Positions 12,348 through 20,590 of a DNA stretch of 64,000 bases are shown piece by piece. Both the position numbers and the translations under genes were made by a program. The stretch is from a virus. Its lineage: Duplodnaviria; Caudoviricetes. Below the pieces are notes generated by a model. The model did no database searches. It saw nothing but the letters and a program-made list of their open reading frames with translations, and was not told the origin of the DNA. The DNA is taken from positions 1,127 through 65,126 of IMG/VR virus record IMGVR_UViG_3300034061_001472; one strand, 5' to 3'. How positions within the stretch are numbered: position 1 is the stretch's first letter; every line of letters starts with the position of its first letter.

Positions 12348-12875
12348 CTACATATTGTTGTAGGTGCCTAGCTGCAAGACCCCGTTGACATCAGGCCATA
12401 GGTACTGATAGTACTCAGGACGATAACCTTTATCCTCTGGCCAGTTAAACTGAGAGTACCAGTCGTACTCTTTGCGTAGTAAAGCAATGCGGTGGGTAGA
12501 GGCAATTTGCTCGTACGTGTCTTTGTCTTTAAACCAGTAAGGAAAGGTAAGCTCGTCGCTGATACGCCCTAGCTCAAGCGCGCGGACTAGTGTTCCTTGA
12601 ATCTTAGGAATCATTGTAGATTTGTAACCACGAGCTAGCCACTCGTCACACATCGTAGTTGCGTATATAGATAAAGCTTTTTCGTGACCTTCCCACATCT
12701 TTGCCGCAGGATGATTGCGCCAGCCTTTAGGGTCACGGTGTTCGCCCTGTGGATTTAGCGAGGTGAGTACTAGCATAAGTTGCCATGCCTCAAGGACCTG
12801 CTTATTAAGGCGCTTGTTGTCTAGTTCTTGAGCAATACGCTCAAAGGAATCAGTATGAGGTACAAATGTTTGCAT
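12348..12875 (-). CDS. Pyrimidine-dimer DNA glycosylase/endonuclease V-like protein (MSMEG_6728 family)
   Basis: MQTFVP...LDNKRLNKQ.LEA.Q...GWRNHPA.KMW.G...EW..RGY...HR..LLRK...Y...Y.WP. Confidence 0.85.
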   Translation of the reverse strand: MQTFVPHTDSFERIAQELDNKRLNKQVLEAWQLMLVLTSLNPQGEHRDPKGWRNHPAAKMWEGHEKALSIYATTMCDEWLARGYKSTMIPKIQGTLVRALELGRISDELTFPYWFKDKDTYEQIASTHRIALLRKEYDWYSQFNWPEDKGYRPEYYQYLWPDVNGVLQLGTYNNM

Positions 12876-12901
12876 GTATTCGTCCGTTCGTCATTGTGTA
12901 A

Positions 12902-12910
12902 ATTATATCA
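12902..12910 (-). promoter_or_regulatory. Extended -10 promoter TGATATAAT
   Basis: Perfect TGnTATAAT on the - strand, upstream of 12875. Confidence 0.55.
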
Positions 12911-13222
12911 GGCTGGATTGTCCTCGGGCGGTATTTCATCAAAAGGAAGAACGTTTTCTTCGTCCATGTCCATTTCCATATCCATGTCAGGTTCTTCAAT
13001 GTCATCAGCCGATACGTATATGCCTACTACTGTAACCTTGCTGCATATAAAGCATTCGCAGACCGTTCCTGGCGACAATTTTATAGGTACGTTTACGCTA
13101 ACTAACCGCGTCAGAATGTTCCCTTCCATATCTACACTTTCGGGTTCCCACACGCTATTTTCTTCGATCCAGCACCGTTCACAAAGCGGAACAAGATCAT
13201 CGTTGTAGTCGCGTATGCTCAT
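12908..13222 (-). CDS. Hypothetical Zn-finger protein with acidic tail
   Basis: CERC...CECFIC; D/E-rich C terminus; start overlaps the stop of the MTase-like gene. Confidence 0.7.
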   Translation of the reverse strand: MSIRDYNDDLVPLCERCWIEENSVWEPESVDMEGNILTRLVSVNVPIKLSPGTVCECFICSKVTVVGIYVSADDIEEPDMDMEMDMDEENVLPFDEIPPEDNPA

Positions 13223-14484
13223 TTAGCGGTAGTCTCCATAGGGCTACTGTACCACTTATTCTTAGCGTAGTGTCTGGAGAATCCTTTGTCAGCGTCAATA
13301 AGATATTCACGATCTCCGATTAACTCCGCGTCCGGGCCTTGTGGGTTACCGTCAAGTGAGTCCTTAATCGCCTTTCCAATCCAATTTGCAGCTTGCACTG
13401 GAACAGCCTTGCCCCATACAGCCGCAAGGTGTGAGTAGTCGCGTGAGTCTTCAATATTCCAGTCATCAGGAAGACCTTGCATACGAGCAGACTCACGGTG
13501 CGTGATAAGTCGTGGTTGGGTTGGGTGCACTACGTGATCTAATGCAGAGCCGGTAAGCACGTTGCACCAATGATCTTCTTTCCAGCGGTACGGTTGCGAG
13601 AAGCCCAGCTTAAATTCCTTGCGAATAACACGAGGAGAAATATCAATCCATTTCTGTGGAAAATTACCATCATTTAAGTCTACGGCTTTCTTTAGCGCAC
13701 TACCAGTATCGCCATTGCCTTCCCAGCCATCATTGCCGATGATGCTAAAGATCTCTTCTATACGCTGAGCATGTATGTTTGATTTGCCAATGTGGCCGTC
13801 AACTAATCCATTTTTTGTACGTAGATGCGTAACGTACTTTGATGGAGACGGCGTGGTGTACTTTTGCTTATTCCAAGTCTGAGGCATCTCTGCAAGATCA
13901 CCTATGATGTCCATTATACGTGGAAGTTCTTTAGGCTCGGTGATTGGAGTTGAAAACTTAAGGCCAGACTCAATAGCAACCCAGAAGTAACGTGGGCGAT
14001 ACGAAAATCCACCAACCTGCAGGTTGTTTTCCTTAACGTGGTATAGATCGTATTTTTTACCGGAGACCTGCTCGACCATGTCGCGATACTTAACCATTAC
14101 GTCGCGCCCCTGGGTGTATGCCTGCTGAACGCACTCGAAAACAATAGCGCGTGGTTTTACCCGTCCAGCATATTTCATAAAGGCTACGGTATGCTCGTGC
14201 GCCTTAGAGTCAGGTCCACGATTCGCAGGACCAGACCATACTGACCAGCCTGAGCAAGGAGGACAACCCATAACTACATCAGCTTTTTGTACGCGCCATT
14301 CGCTAGGGTCGTCGGAAAATTCTGCAGTCCAGTCGTTCCCAAGAAGATGACGGTTGTTTTCAGCTACAACATTTCCAAAGTTTAATGTACCAGTGCGTTG
14401 AATCATCTTCATATCGTTCTGCACAAAGCCAAGACTCATAAACGCTGCAAGGCCGTTACAGTCAATAAAGGTATGTTGCGACAT
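13219..14484 (-). CDS. Divergent C5-cytosine DNA methyltransferase homologue (atypical cofactor pocket)
   Basis: Motif IV GCPPCSGWS, motif VI FECV, motif VIII RPRYFWVA, motif IX RLITHRESARMQGLPDDW, motif X WGKAVP; motif I is IDCNGLAAFMSLGF rather than FxGxGG. Confidence 0.85.
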   Translation of the reverse strand: MSQHTFIDCNGLAAFMSLGFVQNDMKMIQRTGTLNFGNVVAENNRHLLGNDWTAEFSDDPSEWRVQKADVVMGCPPCSGWSVWSGPANRGPDSKAHEHTVAFMKYAGRVKPRAIVFECVQQAYTQGRDVMVKYRDMVEQVSGKKYDLYHVKENNLQVGGFSYRPRYFWVAIESGLKFSTPITEPKELPRIMDIIGDLAEMPQTWNKQKYTTPSPSKYVTHLRTKNGLVDGHIGKSNIHAQRIEEIFSIIGNDGWEGNGDTGSALKKAVDLNDGNFPQKWIDISPRVIRKEFKLGFSQPYRWKEDHWCNVLTGSALDHVVHPTQPRLITHRESARMQGLPDDWNIEDSRDYSHLAAVWGKAVPVQAANWIGKAIKDSLDGNPQGPDAELIGDREYLIDADKGFSRHYAKNKWYSSPMETTAK

Positions 14485-14547
14485 CGAGCTACCTTTCGTA
14501 GTTCCTAGGGTAGGACCTTATACCGACATCAAGTAGCTGGCGTGCTT

Positions 14548-14871
14548 TTACGCAGAAAGATTAGCTTTTTTCTCTAATTCAATCATCCCGACTTCGTACC
14601 CACATCCGGCATACCCTGCAATATCAATCCAAGTATCTGCTTGGAATCCAGATTTTGACGCGTAACGTGCAACTTTAAGGCCAACCATCATCATTCCAAC
14701 ATCTTCATTTGATATCGTAGTGCCAAGTATGACGGACCAGATCTTTGCAATTCGTTCAAAGTTTTCTTCTGGCCCCCCGTACTGCACGTCTCTATCGCCA
14801 GAGATAATTTTTGCAGCCTCGCGTAAAGCTTCTACGCGATATTGCAGAGGATCACCAGGTGACTCAGCCAT
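14548..14871 (-). CDS. DUF6378-like phage protein (nucleotide-metabolism associated)
   Basis: L.EA..II.GDR...YG.PEENF.RIA.IWS...MM..LKVAR...D.WIDIAGYA. Confidence 0.75.
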   Translation of the reverse strand: MAESPGDPLQYRVEALREAAKIISGDRDVQYGGPEENFERIAKIWSVILGTTISNEDVGMMMVGLKVARYASKSGFQADTWIDIAGYAGCGYEVGMIELEKKANLSA

Positions 14872-15082
14872 TCTTACCCTCTATCTTTGTGCGGATAGTT
14901 ACATACGCAATTAAGACTCCGTCGTTATTTGGATCTTCACTAAAGTCTCTAGCCTTAAGCTCAGAGTCAGGCGGTAGCTCCGCAGAATCGTTATTTACAA
15001 AGCCTTGCCAGCTTTTCTTTGCGTTAGCAAGAATTTCATCGATGTTTCTTCCTCGGACTATAAGTTCTACGGTAGATCGCAT
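14864..15082 (-). CDS. Hypothetical protein, 72 aa
   Basis: Translationally coupled to both neighbours. Confidence 0.65.
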   Translation of the reverse strand: MRSTVELIVRGRNIDEILANAKKSWQGFVNNDSAELPPDSELKARDFSEDPNNDGVLIAYVTIRTKIEGKNG

Positions 15083-15501
15083 TAACGGACTCTTTTCTCT
15101 AGTTGGTGCGGTGAGTAATGTGCGCCGTCTAAGATAGGTTCTTTATCATCTGTAGACTTAAATATAATGTCGCCATAACGGATTCCTACAACCTTACCGC
15201 GTCTCCCGTTATGAATAGCGCCAGTTGCGCCGTCATAAGCGCTAGCTTTAACACGCACTTCGTCGCCTAAAGTAATTGCGCCCGGTTGAGCGTCAGTCCA
15301 TAGTTCATCAGGATTATTTTTTACTGCAGCATGTCCGAGAGAAAGACGGCTAAATAGCGCTATAACTTCTTTCTGCTGGTTCACCGACAAGGTAAGATCT
15401 TTCCAAGTTGCAAGAAGTTTAAGTGTAGCGTTGCCTATGCCTACTTTAGTCTTTGCATCTTGCATCTCAGATCTAACCCACTCATCATTAACTTCAGGCA
15501 C
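15082..15501 (-). CDS. Hypothetical protein with C-terminal SH3/KOW-like domain
   Basis: AAGGAGGT RBS; LGDEVRV...NGRRGKVVGIRYGDIIF. Confidence 0.65.
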   Translation of the reverse strand: MPEVNDEWVRSEMQDAKTKVGIGNATLKLLATWKDLTLSVNQQKEVIALFSRLSLGHAAVKNNPDELWTDAQPGAITLGDEVRVKASAYDGATGAIHNGRRGKVVGIRYGDIIFKSTDDKEPILDGAHYSPHQLEKRVR

Positions 15502-15979
15502 TGTAGTCTACCTCCTTAGGTAAGCACTTCGAGCACATGTCCGGGCTAGCGCCTCTACCAACGTCGTCGATAGCTCTAGTGCACAGAGAACATTTTACGC
15601 CTTCTTCTTTAACTTTGTACCCTTTTAGCTGTCTTTCTTTATTGCGTTCCATTTTCTCAACGTAAAACTTATTGAGCATCTCGTCTGTTCCACCCGCCGC
15701 AACGATGATATTTGCGACAAAATGTAGAACATCAACAGCTTCCTTAATTACTTCTTCACGGTCCGCGTAAGGGGCATCGTGCTGCCAAGGCTTCCACGAG
15801 ATTGCCTGGCGCATCTCTGCAAGTTCATCGTCTACCGCTAGCATATTCCAACGTAGATACTCTACAAACCTGCGAATGTTCTGAGGCTTATCGCCTTCCA
15901 TTTCTTCGTAGTTAATAAAGTATACGTCTTTTTGCAATTCACGGGTACGTTTTAACCAAGAATCAAATAAAATAGACAT
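15494..15979 (-). CDS. Dimeric all-alpha dUTPase/dCTPase (MazG-like superfamily) with C-terminal Cys4
   Basis: DELAEM...WKPW...KEAVDVLHF...Y.EK..RN..RQ..GY; CSLC...CSKC. Confidence 0.82.
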   Translation of the reverse strand: MSILFDSWLKRTRELQKDVYFINYEEMEGDKPQNIRRFVEYLRWNMLAVDDELAEMRQAISWKPWQHDAPYADREEVIKEAVDVLHFVANIIVAAGGTDEMLNKFYVEKMERNKERQLKGYKVKEEGVKCSLCTRAIDDVGRGASPDMCSKCLPKEVDYSA

Positions 15980-15980
15980 G

Positions 15981-17000
15981 CTATCCTTTCTTAGAATATA
16001 GTTTAAGAGCGCTAGATAGCGCTATTGCCGCGTCAGTGCGTGTAGGTATTGCGTCTGTGTATTCCTTGCGTTGATCTTTAGCTAGTGTATTTCTTTCTTC
16101 CTGCGACATATCTTCTATCCTTGAAGCCAAGTGCGCCCATGAGCTGCCTATCGCGCTGCTTTCACGCCAGTCGGTTGCTACGGGAGTTAACGTGTTGATA
16201 CATTGTATAAGTCTGTACGACCACCATGTGCCGTTTAAGTGTGGACTAAATAGCGCGCCTACACCTGCGGCAATCTGGCTCTCTACCTGCGCGTCTGTCC
16301 AGCCCTTGTGCCACTTCATAGGAACGGTCGGCCTTTGTAATGTTGCGGTAGTTGACTTTACCCATGATGAAGAATAATTTTCTACTACCCACTTTTCACG
16401 GCGCTCTAGTTCTATAACGTCTTGATTATTTATAAGATAAGAATCTAAGCTTATAGGAACCAAAGAAGACGCAGCGCCTGCCGGTAGCTGAGCTGCTACT
16501 CTATCTTTATCCTGCCATGGAAGTGAAGGATACAGTGTAGTTGGCCACTCTTTAGTAAGTAGATGCTCTACTATGTCTAATAAGTTTTGAAGCATGTTTG
16601 GCTGCGAAGCCGTGTCGTAGCCTTTGCGATACGAGTAAAAAGGCTTAGTTAGGTTGTCTGGGGTCTTAATAATTGCACGAAGACTAGACGTAATACGGTT
16701 AGGCTCTGGTGCATCTAAGAAAAGTACAAGTTTATCAGTGTCAAGTAGCACGTCTATTACGCTAAGTGCACCGTAGACTCTATTAGCGCTTAAGCTTGTT
16801 AGAGGACTTAGCCCGACTAAGACAGAGTCGTATTGATCTAAATCTTTAGTGTTCCATGAGACTTCAGGATCCAACTGTACTACTTCATGTCCTTGAAGAA
16901 CTAGAACTGTCCGTATAACACTTGCAAATGACGCAGATCTAGCATTTGCAGATTCTGACGCATGAGAAGCAGACATGCCGGTTATAAGAATCTTGCTCAT
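15981..17000 (-). CDS. Putative DNA glycosyltransferase-like protein (GT-B), paralogue of 16997..18214
   Basis: N-terminal Rossmann-like KILITG; L.PL.SL...GAL; WW..R motif shared with its neighbour; sits in the nucleotide-modification cluster. Confidence 0.55.
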   Translation of the reverse strand: MSKILITGMSASHASESANARSASFASVIRTVLVLQGHEVVQLDPEVSWNTKDLDQYDSVLVGLSPLTSLSANRVYGALSVIDVLLDTDKLVLFLDAPEPNRITSSLRAIIKTPDNLTKPFYSYRKGYDTASQPNMLQNLLDIVEHLLTKEWPTTLYPSLPWQDKDRVAAQLPAGAASSLVPISLDSYLINNQDVIELERREKWVVENYSSSWVKSTTATLQRPTVPMKWHKGWTDAQVESQIAAGVGALFSPHLNGTWWSYRLIQCINTLTPVATDWRESSAIGSSWAHLASRIEDMSQEERNTLAKDQRKEYTDAIPTRTDAAIALSSALKLYSKKG

Positions 17001-18214
17001 GCCAAAGTCCCATCTGCGTTACGCTTAACACCTTTATCCTCGGCTACCGCGCGTTCAATGATGCGATTACAGTGCTCTACAAACGCAGAGTATTCTGGGA
17101 TATACGGAGCAAGTGCAGTGCGTTGTGCCATGGCTGCTTCGTGTAGCTCTGTATCAGACATCTTCTCAACGTCGGTAATCTTTAGCTTATACGCATCACC
17201 AAGTGAATCGCCTTCGCCTTTGTCGGTTACAAGAATAGAACCCACATGCGCTGCGTATAGGAAGCGACTACGCCACCAGCCGGACCCCGCGTGTGGATAC
17301 GGTGGAGAAAGAATTCCCCAGTGATGATTGTAAAACTCGAGGACGTCTTGTTCGGTGTCAAAACGTTGTCCACCAAGTTTTTTAATAAGCTTACGACTGC
17401 CTACAATTTCAACTGGCCAGTCTGGATCTTTCTTTTCTAACCAAGTATCATGCGGCATAAGAGCGCCAAGTACCCACGAGCGCTTCTTGCTTGCTGAAGA
17501 CAGAGGCACGACAGGTTGAAGTGTTGGAATAATCGTAGCGGTAGGGTCTAGAGCTTCAATAGGGCCAACTTCATCAGGCATACGCTTACGTACGCTAGAT
17601 CTATCTCCAAAAGCGTACATAGGGCACACTGGAACCATACCAGCAGCCCATCGATCAGCAAGTAAGTCACGCGCAGCTTCAACTAATCTTTTTTCATACG
17701 GCTTAATGTTTTCATCGTTGTCCATCATGTAGTAGCGCTCGATGTAGCACTTTTTTGCTGCCGCAGGATTTAATTCTTTGACTCGCTCGAGCGCTGCCTC
17801 GATATCTGCACGACTAAAGTACGTTGCGCCTTCTTCACCGCGATGTTCTGTGCCTACAAGCAGATGCTTATATAGCATCTCAGGTTTACGAATTAAAGCG
17901 CGTGCGCCGTTGAATACTGTGTTAAACTGCCAATCATCAAAGAATCCTACACAAGGAATACCAGATGACAAAGCGTACAGTGCGCCCATTGCCCCTTGGC
18001 GGCCGTTTAACGAGTTAAGTGGTGCAAGGTTTATCCACAGTACATCGTAGCTAGAAAGATCTTCGCCTGGAGTAACTTTACGCCAGTCAACATCATGCCC
18101 AGCTTCACGTAGCGCTTTAGCAATAGACGCAGGCACGTCAATCTTCTGTATTGTGCGTTTTTCTGTGTTGATTTGCAACGCAGTGAACCCACTCATTAGA
18201 ACCTTCATGTCCAC
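16997..18214 (-). CDS. Putative DNA glycosyltransferase-like protein (GT-B)
   Basis: KVLMSG...LREAGHDVDWR...APLNSL...GALYAL...FFDDW...EQDVLEFY...PPYPHAGSGWWRSRF. Confidence 0.6.
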   Translation of the reverse strand: MDMKVLMSGFTALQINTEKRTIQKIDVPASIAKALREAGHDVDWRKVTPGEDLSSYDVLWINLAPLNSLNGRQGAMGALYALSSGIPCVGFFDDWQFNTVFNGARALIRKPEMLYKHLLVGTEHRGEEGATYFSRADIEAALERVKELNPAAAKKCYIERYYMMDNDENIKPYEKRLVEAARDLLADRWAAGMVPVCPMYAFGDRSSVRKRMPDEVGPIEALDPTATIIPTLQPVVPLSSASKKRSWVLGALMPHDTWLEKKDPDWPVEIVGSRKLIKKLGGQRFDTEQDVLEFYNHHWGILSPPYPHAGSGWWRSRFLYAAHVGSILVTDKGEGDSLGDAYKLKITDVEKMSDTELHEAAMAQRTALAPYIPEYSAFVEHCNRIIERAVAEDKGVKRNADGTLA

Positions 18215-18221
18215 TACCTTT

Positions 18222-18287
18222 CTAAGTAGATTTGGAGTATCACCTATTCACTGTACCAGGAACAGGTGATAAACCAGACGTACTTAG
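18222..18287 (-). other. Long imperfect intergenic hairpin (~28-bp arms)
   Basis: CTAAGTAGATTTGGAGTATCACCTATTC / GAACAGGTGATAAACCAGACGTACTTAG inverted repeat. Confidence 0.6.
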
Positions 18288-18290
18288 TCT

Positions 18291-18857
18291 TTAGAATGGA
18301 GCTGACGGTGGAGCTGCGACTACTGGAGCTTCTGCTACTGCAGCAGCGGCAGGCGCCGGTGCTGGTGCAGGTGCCGGAGCAGCAGCAGGCGCTGGCGCAG
18401 GCGCAGGTGCCGGAGCAGGTGCCGCAGCGGTTGCTGCGCCAGGTGTTGTAGCAGACGGGTAGTACTGCTTAATTTCGTTTTTCTTCTGACCTTGCCAGGT
18501 ACGTGATGTTACCTGTGCACGGAAAGAACGTCCACGAATTGCTTGCTCGATTTGAGCGTTTGAAGGGTTGGTTGCAAAAAATTCACGACCAAGACCTAGA
18601 GCGTACATCTTACGAAAGAACATGCCTAGTGCAGCATTGTTGTCTGGAGTAACTACGAGGTTATCCCAAACAAGACGCTTAGCATGCGCTCCGTTTTGTA
18701 CCTGTGCCTTAACGGCAAACATAGTCTTGCCTGATTGCGAGACCTTTGCGGTAGCTTCTACAACTAGTAAGTCGTAATCGCCATCTGGTAGTGGATCATA
18801 GCCAGTTGAAACTTCGCCGGCATCTTTAACTAAATCGCCCCAGTTAAGAGTACTCAT
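18291..18857 (-). CDS. Single-stranded DNA-binding protein (DUF669-like)
   Basis: YDPLPDGDY...SGKTM...VWDNL; Pro/Ala linker and C-terminal PF; follows the Sak4-like ATPase. Confidence 0.8.
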   Translation of the reverse strand: MSTLNWGDLVKDAGEVSTGYDPLPDGDYDLLVVEATAKVSQSGKTMFAVKAQVQNGAHAKRLVWDNLVVTPDNNAALGMFFRKMYALGLGREFFATNPSNAQIEQAIRGRSFRAQVTSRTWQGQKKNEIKQYYPSATTPGAATAAAPAPAPAPAPAPAAAPAPAPAPAPAAAAVAEAPVVAAPPSAPF

Positions 18858-18859
18858 CT

Positions 18860-19633
18860 TTAGTCATTTCCTTTCGTTGTTGGAGTTGCTTGTGGTGTTG
18901 GCCCGAAGATCATGTCTAGCATGCGCTCGATTCCAAGGTTTTCTTGTTCAACGATCTTTCCAAGTCGACCTTGTACTCGCTCGCCTGCTTCATATTCGTC
19001 TGTGCGTTCTACGTACATACGACGTGCCTTAAACGGTGATTGCAGTGGGTCTGGATTTGGAAAAGTTTCCACTGTAATTGCGCCGAGGATGTCATAGAAG
19101 TAAGGTGCTTGAATTGCGAGCTGACCCTGTAGGTACGGACGTGAACGTCCGTCTGCTCCAGGACGCGCCATGGCAGTCAATACAACAGCTTCTAAGGGCT
19201 GTGTAGGGTGCATTGTTAAGTCACGCAGGTCACGCAGTAGCGCACCCATATGACGAAGCAACTCGCCCCATTGTTGCATTTTCATCTGTTCAGTACCCGC
19301 AATTGAATCCATGCACTTCACTTGAAGTTCAGAGATGGAGTCAATGATAAGTGACTTGAACTGATGCTTTCCAGTTTGTAACCACTGGAATGTTTTGAGA
19401 ACAACATCGTAGTCGCGAACGTTAACGACTACAGTATCCCAGGTGCCATCGGCAACTGGTGGTTCTTCTCGGATAGGGTCCCAATACTTAACGGTGATAG
19501 GTAGGAATCGATGCCCACCTTCAACGTCAAGCATGAGACGTGGATACGGCGCGGTTACGGCGAAGGTTGATTTACCAACCTTTGATTCTCCGTAAACCAT
19601 GATAGTCAGCGAACGTTGTACGTCAGACATCAT
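18860..19633 (-). CDS. AAA_24/Sak4-like ATPase (RecA-fold recombinase)
   Basis: Walker A VYGESKVGKST, LDVEGG, Walker B LIIDSISE. Confidence 0.85.
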   Translation of the reverse strand: MMSDVQRSLTIMVYGESKVGKSTFAVTAPYPRLMLDVEGGHRFLPITVKYWDPIREEPPVADGTWDTVVVNVRDYDVVLKTFQWLQTGKHQFKSLIIDSISELQVKCMDSIAGTEQMKMQQWGELLRHMGALLRDLRDLTMHPTQPLEAVVLTAMARPGADGRSRPYLQGQLAIQAPYFYDILGAITVETFPNPDPLQSPFKARRMYVERTDEYEAGERVQGRLGKIVEQENLGIERMLDMIFGPTPQATPTTKGND

Positions 19634-19663
19634 TGTTTCCTTTCATCTCTTGTTTGTGTAACA

Positions 19664-20590
19664 TTAGTCTGTTCTCTTTTCTTCTACGCCATAGTAAGCG
19701 TACGGATTAGAAACTTCAAATGCGTCTTCTAACGCAGCCTCAGCAGCACTTCCATCGTCAAACATAGGACATATAGAGAAGAATGAGCATTTCCATTTGC
19801 AATCGCGTGAAGGACTTGGGTACGCCGCAAAGCGATGATCTGTACCTTCGTCTAGCGCCTTACGTGTTGCAAGCATATCGGTAAGTGTTCCATGGATACG
19901 TTGCCAGAATGATCTTAAAGCAAAGACGTTATGTCGGACTTCCATCTGCTCATAGAACGGAGGACGCGCATTAGCAGAACGCTTAACTTTCTTAAGCATA
20001 GTAAACAGTCCGCCTTCAGAGCGTTCACCTTCTTTGTTCTGCGCTGTCTCAAGAAGCATATAGGTAAGAATCTGTTCGTTCATGTGCGCCATTGCTGTAA
20101 AGTCGGTAAATGACCCACCTACTGTCTTAAAGTCACGGAACATACGCACACCGTCAGCCTTACGACGAACACGCATATCAATCTTACCTTGCAGGATAAC
20201 CTTGCCGTCAAAGAGTGGCATTTCAATAATCTCTTCTGTAGAGATCATCTCAAGCTCGGCATCAATACCGTTTTCCTCAACCCACTGTAGGTATCCTTCA
20301 AGCATTATGCGCCCTAGCTCGGCTTCTGAATCTAAATCGAAAGTATCTCGGCCTTCGTTCTCTAGTAGAATTTTGTCCTGTTCGACTAGTTGCGCATGAG
20401 CTTCTTGTAGAGGTATCTGCTTAGAGTAGTACATGTCCAGCGCTTCATGGACGCGTGAACCTAAGGCAAGTGCGCCTGTGAATGACTTTTGTTTTGGCTG
20501 TAGGCGACGATAGTAACTTAACCACCAGCGTCTCTTACAATCTTTGTAAGTTTGAATCTCGGAGTTAGAGATTCTTATAGGTTGTGTCAT
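19664..20590 (-). CDS. Cas4/RecB-like PD-(D/E)XK exonuclease
   Basis: SNSEI..YKDCKRRW, GS.VH, GKID...DFKT, Q..TY, C-terminal CKWKC...C. Confidence 0.88.
   Translation of the reverse strand: MTQPIRISNSEIQTYKDCKRRWWLSYYRRLQPKQKSFTGALALGSRVHEALDMYYSKQIPLQEAHAQLVEQDKILLENEGRDTFDLDSEAELGRIMLEGYLQWVEENGIDAELEMISTEEIIEMPLFDGKVILQGKIDMRVRRKADGVRMFRDFKTVGGSFTDFTAMAHMNEQILTYMLLETAQNKEGERSEGGLFTMLKKVKRSANARPPFYEQMEVRHNVFALRSFWQRIHGTLTDMLATRKALDEGTDHRFAAYPSPSRDCKWKCSFFSICPMFDDGSAAEAALEDAFEVSNPYAYYGVEEKRTD

Noticed and set aside
18266-18451. Gln/Val-rich + strand ORF
   Set aside because: Antisense shadow of the Pro-Ala linker of the SSB gene.
19664-20590. Cas4-like nuclease as evidence of a CRISPR-Cas system
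   Set aside because: No array or other cas genes; it sits in a standard exonuclease-Sak4-SSB recombination module.
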